A stretch of 18,006 nucleotides of DNA from Armatimonadia bacterium (lineage in GTDB: Bacteria > Armatimonadota > Zipacnadia > Zipacnadales > UBA11051), in the NCBI GenBank assembly GCA_039683575.1, contig JBDKRC010000002.1, positions 1 through 18,006 on the forward strand, given 5' to 3'. A model generated the notes under the pieces. It did not search any database. It was not told the origin of the DNA and saw only the letters and a list, made by a program, of their open reading frames with translations. Position 1 is the first letter of the stretch. Each line of letters starts with the position of its first letter. A program made the position numbers and the translations under genes. Positions 14,628-18,006 of the stretch are shown one piece after another.

Positions 14628-16118
14628 TTACTGCACGCCGACAAACTCTCCGGCGTGCCGCGCGATCTCCAGCAGCGGGCCAGGGAATACGATGAGCACC
14701 AGCGTCGCCACGAGGCTTACCCAGATCACAAAGGTCAGCCCGGCGGGGCGCTTGGGCAGAGTGGTCTCGCCCTCGACAAAGAACATGAGCCGCGCGATGT
14801 TCATGTAATAATACAACGAAATCGCGCTGTTGATAATCCCCACGACCGCCAGCCACCACCACGTGCCGCTCTTGATGGCGGCGGCGAAGAGGTATAGCTT
14901 GCCTACGAACCCGGCCGTAGGCGGCAGGCCGGTGAGTGACATCAGGAACACGATCATGATCAGCGCGTACATGAGCGAACCGCGGGCGAGGCCACGGAAG
15001 CTCTCGATCTCGTCGCTGCCCTGGTTGTGCGCCACCAGCAGCAGCATCGCGAAGGCGCCGAGGTTCATGAAGAGATAAGCTACGAGGTAGAACAACACCG
15101 CCGGCAGGCCCCAGCCCGACTGGCTGCCCGCGGCGACGATACCGATCAGGAGATAGCCAGCGTGGGCGATTGAGGAATACGCCAGCATGCGCTTGAGGTT
15201 GGTCTGGCGAATGGCCAGCAGGTTGCCCACGAACATCGTTAGCGTCGCCAGGATGGCGACAATGACCTGCCACTGCGGCAGCAGGGCGGGGCCGACGGTG
15301 AGCAGGAAACGGGCCAGAATGGCCATTCCAGCGGCCTTGGGGCCGACGGAGAGGAACGCGGTTACGGGCGTTGGCGCCCCCTCGTATACGTCTGGCGACC
15401 ACGCCTGGAAGGGTACCATCGCAACCTTGTAACCAAGCCCCGCCAGCACCATCATGAGTGCCAGAGCATTGAGGGGCGAGATCACGATATCCTGAGGCAT
15501 GAAGGCATACTGCGCCATCGTCGGGTAGGACGACAACCGGTTGGCGAGCGTGGCGAGGTTGGTTGAACCCCCGAGGCCATACAGCAGGCTCATGCCATAG
15601 ATCATCACTGCCGAGGCGGCGGCGCCGTACAGGAAGTACTTCAGAGATGCTTCGTTGGACTTGCCATCGTGCCGCAGGTACCCCGCCAGCACGTATGACA
15701 CCAAGCTAACGAGTTCGAAAGCCAGATAGATGGTCACCAGGTCCACGGCTCCCGCCAGGAGCACCATCCCCAGCAGCGCGAAGAGGAGCAAAGCGAAGTA
15801 CTCGCCGTAGGCGTAGACGCGGCGGAAGAAGTCGGTGGAGATGATGACGATCAGGATGCCGGTGGCGGCGAACAGCAGCTTGAAGAAGACTGCGAAGCTG
15901 TCGAGGCTGTAGCTGCCCCAGAACTCCGTCTGTGGCATGCCGGCAGGATTCCACTGCCGCAGCGCCAGCAGTGCGAAGACGGCCAGGCCGAGGACGGTGA
16001 CAACTGGCACCGCGCGCTTCTGCTCGCGCCCCAGGAAGAGGTCGAGCAGCAGCACACCAACCGCAAGCGAGGTCAGGAAGAGTTCAGGATAGAAGAGACT
16101 CAGGTTCTGTACAGGCAT
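14628..16118 (-). CDS. nuoN: NADH-quinone oxidoreductase subunit N
   Basis: GEYFALLL, FELVSLVSYVLAG, SNEASLKYF, YKVAMVPFQAWSPDVYEGAPTP, KRMLAYSSIAHAGY, SLTGLPPTAGFVGK and SLYYY motifs. Confidence 0.95.
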   Translation of the reverse strand: MPVQNLSLFYPELFLTSLAVGVLLLDLFLGREQKRAVPVVTVLGLAVFALLALRQWNPAGMPQTEFWGSYSLDSFAVFFKLLFAATGILIVIISTDFFRRVYAYGEYFALLLFALLGMVLLAGAVDLVTIYLAFELVSLVSYVLAGYLRHDGKSNEASLKYFLYGAAASAVMIYGMSLLYGLGGSTNLATLANRLSSYPTMAQYAFMPQDIVISPLNALALMMVLAGLGYKVAMVPFQAWSPDVYEGAPTPVTAFLSVGPKAAGMAILARFLLTVGPALLPQWQVIVAILATLTMFVGNLLAIRQTNLKRMLAYSSIAHAGYLLIGIVAAGSQSGWGLPAVLFYLVAYLFMNLGAFAMLLLVAHNQGSDEIESFRGLARGSLMYALIMIVFLMSLTGLPPTAGFVGKLYLFAAAIKSGTWWWLAVVGIINSAISLYYYMNIARLMFFVEGETTLPKRPAGLTFVIWVSLVATLVLIVFPGPLLEIARHAGEFVGVQ

Positions 16119-16164
16119 GTGAGAGCCATTTGTAGTGAGTGGTGCGGCACGCCTCGCCTCTCAC

Positions 16165-16192
16165 TGTTTTCCGTTTTCTGTGTTCTGTTTTC
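16165..16192. repeat. Four tandem degenerate heptamers (TGTTTTC CGTTTTC TGTGTTC TGTTTTC)
   Basis: Directly visible in the nuoM-nuoN spacer. Confidence 0.7.
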
Positions 16193-16199
16193 GCCGTCT

Positions 16200-17753
16200 C
16201 TAGCGGATGAAGGCTTGTGCCGCCTGGGCTGCCGTGCCCATGTTGTTGACCAGGGCGAACATCGCCGTGTTGATCATGTTCAGAATCGGCTGCGGGTACA
16301 GGCCAAAAGCCAGCATCAGGACGCAGAGCGGCACGATAGCGGCCAGTTCGCCACGGTCAATGTCAGGCAGACCGACCCACTGGCGGTTGAGCTCGCCGAG
16401 GAACACTCGCTGCATCATCCACAGGAAGTAGCCGGCGGTGAACACCACGCCGAGCATGGCGATGCCGGTGATGATCTTCATGGTACCGAAGGAGCCGATG
16501 AAGACCAGGAACTCGGCGACGAAGCCGAGCATGGTGGGCAGGCCCAGCGACGCGAAGGAAGCCATCATCATGAGTCCGGCATATACCGGCATCTGCTTGG
16601 CGAGGCCGCCGAGTGAGTTCATGTCACGGGTATGGGCGCGGTCATAGATGACGCCGACCAGGAAGAAGAGGGCGCCGGTGATGATCCCATGGCCCACCAT
16701 CTGCAGCACCGCGCCATTGAGGGCGGTGACGCGGCTGAGAGTATGGGTGTCGCCAGCGCCGATGAAATGGACCGCCGCGGCAATGCCGAGCATGACATAG
16801 CCCATGTGGTTCACCGACGAATACGCGATGAGCTTCTTGAGGTCTGTCTGGGCCATGGCCACGAGCGCGCCGTAGATGACGCTGGCCAGCGCCAGCAGCG
16901 CAACAACCAGCGCAAAATAGCGGGAGGGCCCGGGCAGGATCGGCAGCAGAATACGGACGAAGCCGTACGTCCCCATTTTCAGCAGCACGCCCGCCAGAAT
17001 GACGCTACCGGCGGTCGGTGCCTCCACGTGAGCGTCGGGAAGCCACGTGTGGAAGGGGAAGAGGGGGACCTTGATGGCAAACCCCAGGAAGAGCCCCCAG
17101 AAGGCCAGTACGCCGACCCAGAAGTTCCCCGCCAGCGGGTTCTGCTTGGCCAGCTCCAGCATGTCAAAGGTGTGCGGCGTGCTGTAGAAGTACAGTGCCA
17201 GGATCGCCAGGAGCATCCCCAGGCTGCCTACGAGGGTGTAGATAAAGAACTTGATGGCGGCATATTCGCGGCGCGGGCCGCCCCAGATGCCGATGAGAAA
17301 GTACATCGGGACCAGCGACACTTCCCAAAAGACGTAGAACAGGAAGAAGTCCAGCGCGCAGAAGGTGCCGAGCATGCCCGTCTCGAGCAGCATGAAGAAG
17401 GCCATATACTCCTTAACGCGGTAGGTGATGCGCCAGGAGTAGATCACACACAGGAAGGTCAGGAGAGTGGTCAGCAGTACGATTGGGTACGAGAGACCGT
17501 CGACGCCAAGGGTGTAGTTTACAGTGAAGCCGCCGGCGGAGAACCACAGGCCGGGCCCCTCGCGCATTTGCATGCCGGCGTCGCCGGGGATGAAGGCGGT
17601 GAGAGCCAGGAGGGAGATGACGAAGACCAACGCCGAGAAGATGGTCGCGGTCCAGCGAATAGCGCCGACGTGCCGCTCCTTGTCAAGGCACAGGATCACG
17701 ATCATCCCCAGAAGGGGAAGGAATACCATCAAGCTTAGGAAAGGTATCGTCAT
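16200..17753 (-). CDS. nuoM: NADH-quinone oxidoreductase subunit M
   Basis: LGVDGLS, FYVFWEVSLVPMYFLIGIWGG, AAIKFFIYT, KVPLFPFHTWLPDAHVEAPTAGSVILAGVLLKMGTYG, KKLIAYSSVNHMG and SLGLP..GFVAEF. ATG 17753 preceded by GAGGG is preferred over TTG 17804. Confidence 0.95.
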   Translation of the reverse strand: MTIPFLSLMVFLPLLGMIVILCLDKERHVGAIRWTATIFSALVFVISLLALTAFIPGDAGMQMREGPGLWFSAGGFTVNYTLGVDGLSYPIVLLTTLLTFLCVIYSWRITYRVKEYMAFFMLLETGMLGTFCALDFFLFYVFWEVSLVPMYFLIGIWGGPRREYAAIKFFIYTLVGSLGMLLAILALYFYSTPHTFDMLELAKQNPLAGNFWVGVLAFWGLFLGFAIKVPLFPFHTWLPDAHVEAPTAGSVILAGVLLKMGTYGFVRILLPILPGPSRYFALVVALLALASVIYGALVAMAQTDLKKLIAYSSVNHMGYVMLGIAAAVHFIGAGDTHTLSRVTALNGAVLQMVGHGIITGALFFLVGVIYDRAHTRDMNSLGGLAKQMPVYAGLMMMASFASLGLPTMLGFVAEFLVFIGSFGTMKIITGIAMLGVVFTAGYFLWMMQRVFLGELNRQWVGLPDIDRGELAAIVPLCVLMLAFGLYPQPILNMINTAMFALVNNMGTAAQAAQAFIR

Positions 17754-17822
17754 GTAAGTCCCTCTGTCAGGACGTGGAGTGGCGTATGGATAGTCACGTT
17801 CCAAATACGTCTGGCATATCAG

Positions 17823-17885
17823 GTAGCACGGGCGGCTCGCCCGCGTGTGCGGCGGTATCCCACAAGGCGCGGGCGAGCTGCCAGT
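17823..17885. repeat. GTAG-type REP-like inverted doublet, copies 3 and 4
   Basis: GTAGCACGGGCGGCTCGCCCGCG (17823-17845) and a degenerate inverted partner CGCGGGCGAGCTGCCAGT (17868-17885). Confidence 0.65.
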
Positions 17886-18006
17886 AGTGCCTCACAAAAA
17901 ACCTAGACACCTTAGCTGGGCCTTTGTGGGCTGCTCCCAGAGCCGTTCGCGCAGTTTTAGCCAGACATTTCTTAGACCGGTCACGCGGCCCTGCTCGTCG
18001 GGCTGC

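Noticed and set aside
14590-15402. 270-aa Arg-rich minus-strand ORF
   Set aside because: Alternative frame inside nuoN, with the Arg/Pro/Ala bias typical of off-frame GC-rich sequence.
16632-17738. 368-aa plus-strand ORF
   Set aside because: Antisense shadow of nuoM.
2484-17894. TGCCTCAC octamer in three intergenic regions (near 2485, 12811 reverse, 17887)
   Set aside because: Short, with inconsistent orientation and distance to start codons; cannot be distinguished from chance.

Overview
GC-rich bacterial chromosomal window made mostly of core and accessory genes; the gene complement loosely suggests Armatimonadota, but that is a low-confidence impression. Left to right: two tandem PilT retraction ATPases; a membrane protein with a Cys-rich 'two-CW'-like loop; a highly divergent RtcB-fold protein (- strand) head-to-head with a standalone Lon N-terminal-domain protein; and a monocistronic orphan. 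A long minus-strand run follows, read right to left: nuoM, nuoN, rex, polyprenyl diphosphate synthase, a Gly/Pro-repeat TPR lipoprotein, a terminator, a secreted carbohydrate-binding-like protein, a DUF4091/GH123-like protein, a SAM methyltransferase and rmuC. Intergenic spaces carry a GTAG-type REP-like repeat family, other palindromes and short heptamer repeats. I saw no rRNA, tRNA, CRISPR array or transposase. The best candidate for new biology is the RtcB-like protein, which keeps most metal ligands and the guanylated His but alters several RNA-ligase signature residues, together with its divergent partner. The pilT-pilT-two-CW membrane protein cluster is second. All family calls come from motif recognition by eye, not from database searches.
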